Shown: positions 41,901 through 52,400 of the stretch, piece after piece | Layout of the letters: each line of letters begins with the position of its first letter | Numbering within the stretch: the first letter of the stretch is position 1 | Origin: Lepidodermella squamata | Taxonomy: Eukaryota; Animalia; Gastrotricha | Length of the DNA: 64,000 bases | Assembly: GCA_047495785.1 (NCBI GenBank) | Contig: JBLDXI010000009.1 | Coordinates: 2,728,001-2,792,000 of the forward strand | Direction: 5' to 3' | Notes under the pieces: generated by a model | Database searches by the model: none | Seen by the model: only the letters and a program-made list of their open reading frames with translations | Told to the model about the DNA's origin: nothing | Translations under genes and position numbers: made by a program

Positions 41901-41948
41901 GCGCTTCTGCGCCGACCCGTTCGCCGTATTGCCGCCTGAAGCCGTCAT
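35972..41948 (-). CDS. Uncharacterised dynamin-superfamily (EHD-related) P-loop GTPase with two C-terminal TM helices; ~8 exons
   Basis: G1 GNHSAGKS, G2 ETQGF, G3 FIDTPG, G4 YLSKAD. Includes a 55-nt exon GNATLHLYPHL at 39951-39897, coiled segments and two hydrophobic helices. Ends QQLYIDYLHQSHDLEHH-TGA at 35972. Confidence 0.85.
37395..37480 (+). repeat. Dispersed repeat family B (other copies ~40820-40900 -, ~53370-53470 +)
   Basis: Shared AACC(G/A)GGTAAAA..GA.(T)TACCGAA..; the 40.8k and 53.4k copies share TTACCGAACCAGT.(T/A)CATC.GGT. Confidence 0.6.
37705..38906 (+). mobile_element. Non-autonomous PIF/Harbinger-like DNA transposon relic carrying a frameshifted Myb/SANT gene, nested antisense in an intron
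   Basis: Imperfect 23-bp TIRs GGGCAGTTGATCGACGGTTTTTT (37705) and AAAAAACCGTCAATCAACTACCC (ends 38906), 21/23 matches; internal Myb/SANT-like ORF. Confidence 0.65.
37981..38361 (+). pseudogene. Myb/SANT-like DNA-binding protein pseudogene
   Basis: FFTNDDKQRLCDIAKRHIPVIEDKS...KSNAWAAIT continues after a frameshift as TLSDLKNLWTRIVYKLKEQIRQEAKKPAPGGG, then TAA. Confidence 0.7.
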
Positions 41949-42229
41949 TTTTATCGCCTCTCAACACCAGCAACAACAAAAATAGCAACTCAATATATAC
42001 CTACAATAGAGCAGAAAAAATTATTTTCGAGAAACAAGATTTTATTCCGAAAAAATATTGATCACATCAACTTGCACTCATGCACTAAATTTCGACCGAT
42101 TTAAAGCACATTCATCTAATCACCAAAAAAGAATGAAAAATGCATCCCACTCTCAATACCGGAACGTAAAAAAAATCGGCCGAAAAAATGGAATCGAAAT
42201 ATCACCAAAATTTGATAATTCTAAGAGTT

Positions 42230-43366
42230 TTAGAGAGCCATCAGCGATTCAGGAACCCGGCAACCGTAGAGAAGTCGCCAACTGGGTGGAATTTTCCATT
42301 GCATCTGCTCTGGGACGAATAATTTGCCGCCATGTAGCCCATCTTGGTCTTCCTCATCGACATCAAGCAATGAAGGGGTGGGCGAAGAGGCGGTCGATAG
42401 ACTCATTCGAGATCCAGGGGCTTCTAAGCCGATCAATTCCAGGCAAGAAGCGAGGTGATTCGCCAAATCCATCGCATCTGGCGCGTTATCGCCCTCAGAG
42501 CAGAAGCGGAGTAGGATGAGACACGAGAGTTGAGCCTCAATCGAGCGGCGGTACAACTCGCCGGCAAAACCACCGCCAGGAATTGAAATTTTCTCCGACT
42601 CATGTTCATATTTCATCGACTCGCCGAAATTTTCCAGAAATCGTTGGCCAACAGCGGTTTTCATCGAATTTTCATTGCCGAGCCAACGAACTTGCGATTT
42701 CGTACGTAAATCCGCGTCAGATCTCGAGAATGCAAAGGCGGACGTGAGGCAAATGACTGATTCGATGCCGAATTGTTTAGAAAATTCGATCAATTCAGCG
42801 ACAAATTTCTTCGACTGGCCCTTGATAACAGCAGATCGCAGTTGAATAACAACCCATTGGAAGTCATGATTGACGTAGACATCCGCCGCGGTACAGATCG
42901 CGCTCACCCCGGCGCCGAATGGGTTTGCGCCGACGACCGGGACCAGCGCGCTTGAACACAGCCATCCAGCCAGTTCGAACTTGTGACTTTTCGTGTGCTC
43001 GCTTGAAGTTTCAGTCGCAATTTTACCAGTAACAGCGCGACGTTGTGGTAAATAAATGCGATCGTGCGATTCGCCGCTTGTTTTCAAGGCGCCTGGGGCT
43101 GAAGAAATCGGTGGGCGAGCGGCGTCGGGCGAAGGCGCTGGGAAATTGTTATCGACTTTCTGAATTTTTGCGCCATTTTTAAGTGCAAGGCCAACTGGGT
43201 CGGTTACTTTGCAGGTGGCTAATAGCAAATCGACGGCAAGCTGGCCGACATTTCCGTAAGAGACTGATGGTATTACCATAGTATAGCCGGTCAGATTTAA
43301 AGGCCGGTCGGCATCGCTGGCCTGACGAGGGTGAAAAATAGACGATGCTGCCGTTTCGATGACCAT
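42230..43366 (-). CDS. PSMG2: Proteasome assembly chaperone 2 (PAC2)
   Basis: LTGYTMVIPSVSYGNVGQLAVDLLL, LVPVVGANPF, VIQLRS, IPGGGFA, LLRFCSEGDNAPDA, WKIPPSWRLLYG. The first ATG (~43366) is used as the start. Confidence 0.92.
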   Translation of the reverse strand: MVIETAASSIFHPRQASDADRPLNLTGYTMVIPSVSYGNVGQLAVDLLLATCKVTDPVGLALKNGAKIQKVDNNFPAPSPDAARPPISSAPGALKTSGESHDRIYLPQRRAVTGKIATETSSEHTKSHKFELAGWLCSSALVPVVGANPFGAGVSAICTAADVYVNHDFQWVVIQLRSAVIKGQSKKFVAELIEFSKQFGIESVICLTSAFAFSRSDADLRTKSQVRWLGNENSMKTAVGQRFLENFGESMKYEHESEKISIPGGGFAGELYRRSIEAQLSCLILLRFCSEGDNAPDAMDLANHLASCLELIGLEAPGSRMSLSTASSPTPSLLDVDEEDQDGLHGGKLFVPEQMQWKIPPSWRLLYGCRVPESLMAL

Positions 43367-45169
43367 TGTTTGTTTCGTAATATTATCAGTTATCACTACA
43401 AACACATCAACAACATGATAATAAAGAAGATGCGAGTGCGCGAGGCCTCAACGTTAATAACTAGGTTACAGGAAGTATAGTGCGCAATTGCTTGGGTGGT
43501 AGCCGTGTGGGCGGTTGAGGCCGTTTCCCACGGCCTCGGCGTGTTCCAAATAGGCAAGTACAATCAAATTTACTGTTGTTTTGCACGAAACCAGTGTTCG
43601 ATTTCTTAACATCGAATTTTAGATCGAACTAAAACGTGCATCTGACATAAAAACATTTCTAAAATTAGCTACGCGCTCAATTATTACAGGACTCAAATAG
43701 GTCATCGGCTTACAATGAAATAGACCAAAATAAGTATTACAAAGCGGTCAATCAACAACAAGCATGCAATCTTTGGAAATAATTCAAGCTAAGCTGGTCG
43801 TATTTGAAGCCGCTTTTCTGGCAATCACTAAACTCAGATGATCGCTGTCAACAAAATTGAAATGGCTGCATCGAAAACTTGGTAAAAAACGGCGCAGAAG
43901 AAAACAGGCTGAGAGGGTCAAATGATCTAATATGTGATATGTAGTATTACATTTTTATACCGAATTCCGAATTACCAGTTGTCTGGAGTTATCCAATCTA
44001 CATTTAAATGTGAAACAAATCGCTACGCAGAGGAAATGCAAGACTGGCGAGGAACACATTTTTAGTAGACTTTTAAGCCAGTTGCTTACTTCAAGAATGA
44101 ATTCATGCAACAAAGAAAATGTGCATCGAAACAATGGCGCGCTTTTATTTTTAGTTTCGCGAAAAGAAAATGATGAACATCGTGATGCGAACAGATGAAT
44201 GGTCATAACCCGACGCACTGCAACAGCAAAAATCACTCAGCATTCTGCCATGTTAAGTTGCAGCTGGTTCTAGCCTAAAATACGCAGCATGTGCCTTGCT
44301 TGCTCACAGCTTTTTCTATAGAAATCAAAGTCACTCCTCAATCCGTCGGATATCGGAAATACTTTTATACATGCATATGAATAGATACCTAGCTGACAAC
44401 TCAATTATTAAAATTTAATAATAACTCCATATCGTAGTTCGTGGTTTTGCAAGGTTAATTCATGTTCGGAAGTGGTAGGAACAGATAGCGCGTTAAGTTG
44501 ACGATTTCACGGCCAAGATTCTCCCGATTGGATATCAAGATTAGACAGTTTCCCCTTTCATTTCGTGAATTTAGATGCCTTCCTGATAGCTGACAAGTAA
44601 AGATGGTCGGTATGAATTAGACATCGGTAAAAATAGTTAGGCACATCAACAAACAAGCTCATTGTACAATATTATGAAACCTACCAGATCAGTTATTGAC
44701 TTTAATCAGCATCGCTTGATACGCTGGCCTATATAAGTAAGTATATCGCACACAGACTGTATTGTAATATAACCCAACTGATAACCCAGTCATAGCCATA
44801 AACCTAACATATAACAAGCGTGAATAAACTGAATAAACCAAGGGCGAATGAAAAAATCAAAAGAACCTGGATCCCGCAGATGCTCTTTGGATGAAGAAAG
44901 CTAGTATATATTTCGCTTTATCAATGAAGTCGGCATAATCCTAGGGTTAAAGCTTTAACACCAGACCCAAGGTGGATTCTGCAACACGAGAAATATCCTA
45001 AAAAGTCCTGAGACCAAAAGTAACTACTTAACCACTTTAGGCTTTTAGATCAGAATCCATCATCTTAAAACCAGAATCAACCGTTGAAGGTGAAAGGACC
45101 AGCGACCAACGCAGTCGCCGCGAAGAGCAGGGGAGAGAGGGATCCCGTCCCGACCTGGGCAAACAAAAA

Positions 45170-45200
45170 TAGCGCGCAAACGTTTAGTGGCGGGAAAAGC
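45170..45200. promoter_or_regulatory. E2F-like elements in the GC-rich patch between the divergent PSMG2 and MGST3 genes
   Basis: GGCGGGAAA (reverse TTTCCCGCC) at 45189-45197 and an adjacent GCGCGCAAA. Confidence 0.3.
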
Positions 45201-45610
45201 AGTCAACCTAATTAATATTATTATATTTTATCTATAAAAATATTAAATCGTATAATCAATAAAGTAGTGATCAGACCTTCACATAGTGTATCACGTGGGT
45301 TATGTGGGTTATGCGTTTTAGAGAGCTGTTTTTGACCTCCTTCGCTGTTTTTTACACACCCTCTTTGTTTTGGACATCTCGGGTCTCTAGGCCTAGTTGG
45401 AGGCTTCAATTGCTGTCATATGGTGGATTATGCTTTTGATACTTATTTGTTTGTGAGATAGATTACTTCTTTAGTTCTAGCTTACTTAGCAACCCTTCAG
45501 CATCTGACCAGTCAATATGATATCTAATTCACGATCATTTAAGTATTGTAAAATAATTTTGGGTCTATTTATTATCCACTAATAGAAAACTTAGTTGTTC
45601 TATATTCAAA

Positions 45611-46190
45611 ATGGGCGCTGTTTCCAAGTCTTGTGAAAAGGGCATGGGCTACCTTGCTGGAGTCGCAGTCGGCACCGTTTTCGTCAACCAATACCTTGCT
45701 TACAAAGTTATGCAAGCTCGCAAGCAGTACGATGTTAAATATCCCGCCCTGTACCACCCGGAACCGGATCACATTTTCAACTGTGTTCAACGCTCCCATC
45801 AAAACTAGTGAGTTTTGTATTCATGTTTCGTATTTTCAATTTGTGACGTTATCACCATCTTCACTCCAGCATTGAAAACCAGCCCGTTTTCCTTACATTG
45901 TTGGCTGTTGCTGGTATGAAGTTCCCGGTAAGTTTTGTACTAAAAGTGAGTCTAGAGCGTTAACCGCTTTTTCTTAGAAACAAGCCGCTGTTTGCGGTGT
46001 CATCTACTTAGCTGGCCGTATCGTCTATGCTTGGGGCTACTCCAGCGGTGATCCCAAGAAGCGCATGTATGGCGCTTTTGGCTATTTTGGCCTGCTGCCT
46101 CTGTTGGGCATGTCTGTCTACACGGTCTTGTGCAAGACTGGTGTCATCCAACATACTGCAGGAGCTTGCTGCCACGCTGCCTCGAAATAG
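45611..46190 (+). CDS. MGST3: Microsomal glutathione S-transferase 3 (MAPEG); exons 45611-45808, 45870-45927, 45978-46190
   Basis: V..ARK.Y.VKYP.LY, FNCVQRSHQNY|IENQP.FL, GRIVYAWGYSSGDPKKR.YG. Confidence 0.93.
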
Positions 46191-46450
46191 TGTGGAGCTC
46201 TCATGATGAAAAAGGATGACAAAAGTTGAACATATTCAAGCTACTCAAGTAGCAACATTATGATATAAACACGCAGTGTCAAAAGTTTCCACCGGTGATT
46301 CGTAATTCTGTCATCTCTTCGATTCTTTTCCCTTTAGATACCCTGATAGCTAACGAACTAGACATGAAATAAAAAAACAAAGATCTACGATTTATAATTT
46401 TGTCCTGTTTATTTTAGCTTGAATGTATTAATTATCATCTTCACTGACGA

Positions 46451-49400
46451 ATGGCAGCCCGGTCGAAGATCAGAGACTCCGTTGTCTCATCGCTGAAAGA
46501 TCTGGGTTCAGAGTTTGACCTTTTATCAGACACTTACGGTGACTCTGACCCTCTTGTCAGAGAAAAGATCAGTAATCTCAAGAAAAAATTGGAAATAATT
46601 TCTAGTCGCGTTGAAGCTTCAAAAGTTGCTAACAAAGACTTGCCTGATTTGTTGGAATTATTCGAAATTTTCACGTTGAATCCAGACGGTACATTTCAGT
46701 CCAGCCATGCTGAAGATATTCTAGAACTTCTGAAATGCGGTAATGGTCGAGTCATTCAAATTTTTCGTTTTAATTGCTCTCTTATACTGTAGTTTGCAGT
46801 AAAGTTGCCAGTGCTTTTGAGTTGGTTTGCTTCGATGAGTGGAACCTCGTGGCTGAAAATCGTCATGCGCAATCAAATGGCTCGGCAGATATCAACTCCG
46901 GCGAGGTGTCCCGTGCAGAGTCTCATAAGGAAAACGAACTGGCATCGGTTGTCTCAAATGGCGGCGATGAACATGCTGCGACTTCTAGCGAAACTCAAGG
47001 TGCTTCTAAAGCTTCCAAATTTATGAAAGTTGCCACAGCACAGCCGAAGAAGCCGGTCATCATGTTCAACCCTACAGCTGCTAAAGTTAGCAAGTCGAAG
47101 GAGGATTCTGTCAAGCCTGAGGAAATATTCTCACCTCCTCCGGTTGCTCCTCCTAAAACTGCTCCTGCCTCGAGTTCGAATATGAATTTCTTCGGCTCCC
47201 CTCCTCATCAGCCAGTTTTCGTACCTTCTGAACAATCAGCTCAACGTGCCTCGACGATGGCGAACGAAATTTTGACGAAAGCCCTGGAGGCGGCTTCGTT
47301 GAACCAAGCCCCGGCATTTAAACTTCCTCAAGCTCCGCAACTACCCAATCCGATTATGCCTCAGATTTTGCCGAATGGAATGTTTCTACCCGCCTCTGCC
47401 GCTCAACTGCTGAATCAAGCCCTTCAGCCGCCGAGACTTCAGCCGCAAGTTGCCCAGCCGCAACTTTTCACCTTGGGAAATGGCCAGCAATTTCAGTCGA
47501 TGCAGCACATTCCACCATTGTTCAACCTCGGCTCCATCGCCCAGCCGCCAACAGGTGCGTACAATCCCTATTTTGGCTTCGTCGATCGTCGCAAATGACG
47601 ATGAACAAAATTTTCTATAACGAACCAGTATTGAAGAGTATCTCAGAGAGTTGACTGACGAAATCATGTTTCCTATAATTTTGCAATTTGTATTGCTCAT
47701 TGTTCAAATTATAATGTTCTCACTAATAAACAATGCATCCTATTCGTTGTGGTGACTTTTTGCATTAGATGAAGCTCTTTATGTATTATCGCGTTTTTGA
47801 GAAAGTGTCTTATTTAAGGAGGAATTTTTACTTTCGAATACCTTTTAAAAATGAGTTTTTCTCTTGTTTTCCTTACAGTTCCAATTTACGATGAAATCGC
47901 CGTGGAACCAACTGATTTCGTAGATCCCGAGCCTGCTCCAACGTCGAAGGCTGGTAAAAAGAAAATCGTCATAACGGACCCAACGACCGGCGAAGTGGTA
48001 GATATTACTTCACCAAACAACAGCGAGCCTTCTACAAGGAACTATCGCACTGCCAGCGAAAGCTCTGGAAGCAGCTTTATTCCTGAAAAGAAGCCGGCAT
48101 TATCAAGCTACATGGTTGAAGTTGATTCAGTAAGTATACCAGTTCAAGAAATCGAGAAAACCGTGTCAGAACCAGCGAAAAAACCGGCGCCGCCCCCGGG
48201 ATTTAACAGCGCGCCTAAATCAACGAACCAAACTGAATTTTCCGCGAAGAATGTTGAGGATTTTATTCCGACGAAAACGTTTTCGAAACCGCCAGGATTT
48301 TTCGACAGACCAGAGCCGCCGAAGGAGACGGAAACGGATAAAATCGTTAGCTTTTCGCGCGATTTTCTACGCAACAAAACGCTATCTAGCGGCAAATTGA
48401 CGAAGACTGAAAAAGTTTTTGCAGAATATCAAACGAAGCATTCATCAAATGTAGACGTTGAAGAATTTATGGAAGCACTAAAGAGCCACAGCGCGATTTT
48501 CCGTTTTTCAGCATCTGGCTCGAAAATCGAATTGGTCGAAGTTATCGAGCGGAAAATTGTCCAGTTTATTGTTAATGAGCTGGTTAAATTGCCAAATGAA
48601 TCCGGCGGTGCTGTTACCATGATTTACGACGCATACATCTCGATAATGCGAGACAAAACTCGAGTTCTTCACGTAGGATCGAAATTTTCGTTGGATGACG
48701 TCACTGAATTGGTCGAACAGCGATTTTCTGATATAATTCGCTTCTCCGATGATCAAACGACGTTATTCTTGTCGGAAATAATGCTGGAATCTGTCTTTCT
48801 TATTGTTAAATCTCAACTGGAGAAGGAACGGGACGCCAAACCGCCGGCTGAATTGCATGATTTGTTCCAGAAAATTGCTGATGAGCGACTGGCGTATCTC
48901 GTTTCATTCGATACTTTCATCGAAATGTTGACTCGTCGCACGAATTTGTTTTTATTCGCAAATTCGCGAGTTTCGCTGGCTTCGATGAATCTGAATGTGT
49001 CCAACCCGGTGCCTAGGGCGAAATCGACCAAGCTAACCAGTCGTCAGCAGTCGGGCGGTGGTCTTGGTCAGTTGGATGATTACGGCGAGCCGGAAGAACA
49101 GCCGGAAAATAAACGCCTCATGTCGCCCATTGGCGATTTGGATGTTCGTTTTGTGGAAATGCTGTCAGAGGAAGGAAATTTTGACATTTGCTCGAATTTT
49201 GTCGATGAATTCAACGCACTTCAAGTCGGTGATGTCATCCCTGTTCGAGACTTGCCCGAACCGCTCGATACGTCGGAACATATCGGCAAATTTATTGGCA
49301 TGGTTTCATTCGTTTCCATGGAATCTCGCCGGTAAATTTCCAAAATAATTTTACGATTTTATTTTCGTGGTCATCTGTAAGCTAGGAAATTGTCTCAAAT

Positions 49401-52400
49401 TCTAAAGTTGAAAATACCTTAAATCAATTGAAGAAACGTATGAGTTGAAATTTTTTATCGCTCACTGTGAGCTAAGCGAGTCGAAAAATTTGCCCTATAG
49501 GGCGAAACTTGTTAATTTTTCATTTTTTATCAATTTTTTGGAGGCTCCCAAAGCTTGTGCTGATGAGCGTCCAAATTTACCACGAATTTTCAAACCAAGT
49601 GCACAAATATTTGCCATGACAAATATCGGGTGAAATTCTGTGAAATTTTCTGAAATCGCTGCTGATTTTTTAATTCTCGAAAAACCTGGTATTCATTCCA
49701 AGTCTAAGTAATTAGCGTATGTATTTTCTGGATTAAAAGGACCCCTTTTTTCCAGATGAGGGAGGAATCGTATTTGCTTAGTGGTTTTGCCTCATAATTG
49801 GGCCTTATTTGCTCAGTATTTTTTCATATAAAAGAGCGCTATCGCTGTAGTATACCGCAAGGGTAGGGTTACTTCGCATTCTAAACCTCAAATTTTGACT
49901 TTGACACTGTTCATTACATACCAAAACCAGCCGTGCAAACCTGTGTTTTTATTTTATATTTTTTATTCATTTCTAAGCTTTTAACTAAATTCTTAGGAAT
50001 AGAATAAATTCTAAATGTTTTATTTACGAATTGTTTTATGCCGAATTCATTGAAAAATCGTAAACTTTTCAGGGTATTCATTTACTTCCCTCGCGACCCG
50101 GTGTGCGCCGGGTTTTCGACCGCTAATGACCTGGTAAAAGACGACGATTTCCTCTCGTGGGCCAACGCTATGATCCACACCTCGGCGCGATCTTGCCCGC
50201 CTGGCTGGTGCGACGTCGGCCGTTTCGTGCTGTTCTACGACGAGGACAGCGATTCGTTTGGCCGCGGTTGCGTCCTCAGCACATTCGCCCTGCCGCACTG
50301 CAACGTCAGCATCGACGTGCCTGTTGTTGAATCGATCACCATCCTCGATATCGATACGGGCATTGTTCATCCTAACATTCGTGCAACGGTAAATTATTCA
50401 AAATTTCATATCATACAGTCGGAAAGTTGAGTCCCAAATATTGGTACCTAGGTAACAAGAATTTGAATGGAATATTTAGGAGATTTCCTCAAAACCAATG
50501 AAATATTCTTTCGTTATCGGAGTTTGATTGTCGGGTAGAAGATAAAAAAGGAAGAAAATGCGCTATTTTCATCGGAATTTTCCCACGACTGTAACTCCTC
50601 CATTTTCCATGGTTCCACGTTTTCCCCTCTACTTTGAACATGTGTAGCAAGGATACAAAGTAGACGATTTGGGCATATCGGCATCAGAGTCTGAAAGCCC
50701 AAGTCCGCCATATTACTTTGAATCAGTTCAATTTCTTCGACTTTTTTTACTGACAATTTCGTCGCGTCATTTTTGAGCTTTGATTGGCCATTCACATTTT
50801 AATCGCCCAACTTTTATCATCTTCCGCAAAAATTAGCAATTAGTGTTACCTACGGCACCCTGACAGACGGCGCCCATAACCAACGGGATTATTAAATCTA
50901 ACTTTAATTCCATGTAAATATGATCAAATTATCTGTAGAAAACCGGACACAGCAGGCTTGATTAAATTAGGGCCTCACTTTTAGCGGAAACAAAATTTCC
51001 TGGAGCGGAACCACAGTTTAAATGACCCATTCGCGCACAAATTCTGAATTCTGTGAAATTTCAAGATTAATTAAAAACAAATCCTAACGAGTTGAAATCC
51101 TGCGGGATTTTCTGTATGAGACCTGGTCGTTTCCTCCAGAACGCGACACGGTCATGGTCTACAAAATAGGTCTTCGAAAATGGCACCTTTCGGAATTAGC
51201 CTTTCGGTCTGCATAAGGCAAATTTCCTTCCGCCTAAGGTTCGCGTTCTGTTCGATTTAGCTAGTAAAATGATAAAAAAAACGGCGACTTCTAGCGCATC
51301 ATGTCATCAAATAACCGAAAATAAATGCCTAGACCCGAAATCCTATCGCCAAATATGTACCATTTCCCGCGAAAGAGAGTGACTTCTAGGCACACGTGCA
51401 TACGCGCTGAGACATGGGCCCGAGACACTTACGTTATCCCAGCCAAAAATTGGAAGTTAATGTCATTAATATGTGATCAACTTTTATCTCTAATGTAAAT
51501 TGGACAACGAAGTTAGCACCGTCATAATCAACAGACAAAACTGATGTCTGTATTATACCCTGATTTTCAGTAATTTCGATTTTCTATTTTTCTGCCGAGA
51601 AAAAATAAGATTAAAGCAGCGTTTCCCAAACCGTGTCCTATAGGACACTCGTGTACTAAGCCAACTTTCAAGTGTACTATAGGACACTGGTGTCCTATGG
51701 GCCTCAAAATGACAAAAGGAAAAAAGTAGATCCACACTAAGAAATAAGGCATTTTTAGACTATTTTCAGACTCAAAATCGGAAAAAAACCGTCAGCTAAA
51801 GCTCGCTTCGCTCGCGAGTAGCCTATTTATGAAATGTTGTATTAAAATCTCCGATCGGACAAGAGACGGTGCTTTCCGCGTGGTATGGCCGAATCTCTGA
51901 TACGGTAAATGATTGAGTCAATTTTTGAAACTGACCTATGTCCCTTGTTATTTAAGCACGTTACAGATTGCACCTTACGACATGATTAATTGACATTTCA
52001 TAATTAATGATGAATTTCTGGGAAAGCCCCGAGGCATTGCCTCATTTTTAAGATTTTGTCGTTTTCAGTGTCAAATTCTAAAAGTGTCCTCGCTTCGCTC
52101 GCGTTTAGTTTGAATTTCACCCGGAATTTTATCAATTTTCAGCGCGGTTGTCATCAAAAACAAATTTGAACTAGCAATCAATTTGTAACTCAAAAAATTG
52201 CACTCCCAACCAAATTCCCAACCAAAGTCCCAAGTCGCAACCAACTTTCAGTCATTTCACCAAGGTGTCCTACGAGCCATTCTCATAGGACACTGCTGTG
52301 TCATATGAGACAAATAGTTTGGGAACCGCTGGATTAAAGCGTTCAATTTTGGGTTTTTGTTTTGGAACTTTTGCAAGAATAATTGAAATTAATGACCTAC

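Noticed and set aside
45090-45210. Resemblance to vertebrate telomerase RNA pseudoknot strings (GCGCGCTATTTTT, CAAACAAAAA)
   Set aside because: There is no telomeric template and the pairing partners are not in the required order; a promoter patch explains it more simply.
46200-46320. SECIS or C/D snoRNA in the MGST3 3' UTR
   Set aside because: MGST3 has no in-frame TGA, and there is no convincing stem or D box.
48340-48375. FSRDFLR as an eIF4E-binding YxxxxL-hydrophobic motif
   Set aside because: It has F for Y and R at the hydrophobic position, and KIVSFSRDFL parallels KIVQFIVNEL, so it is more likely helix 1 of the first winged-helix repeat.
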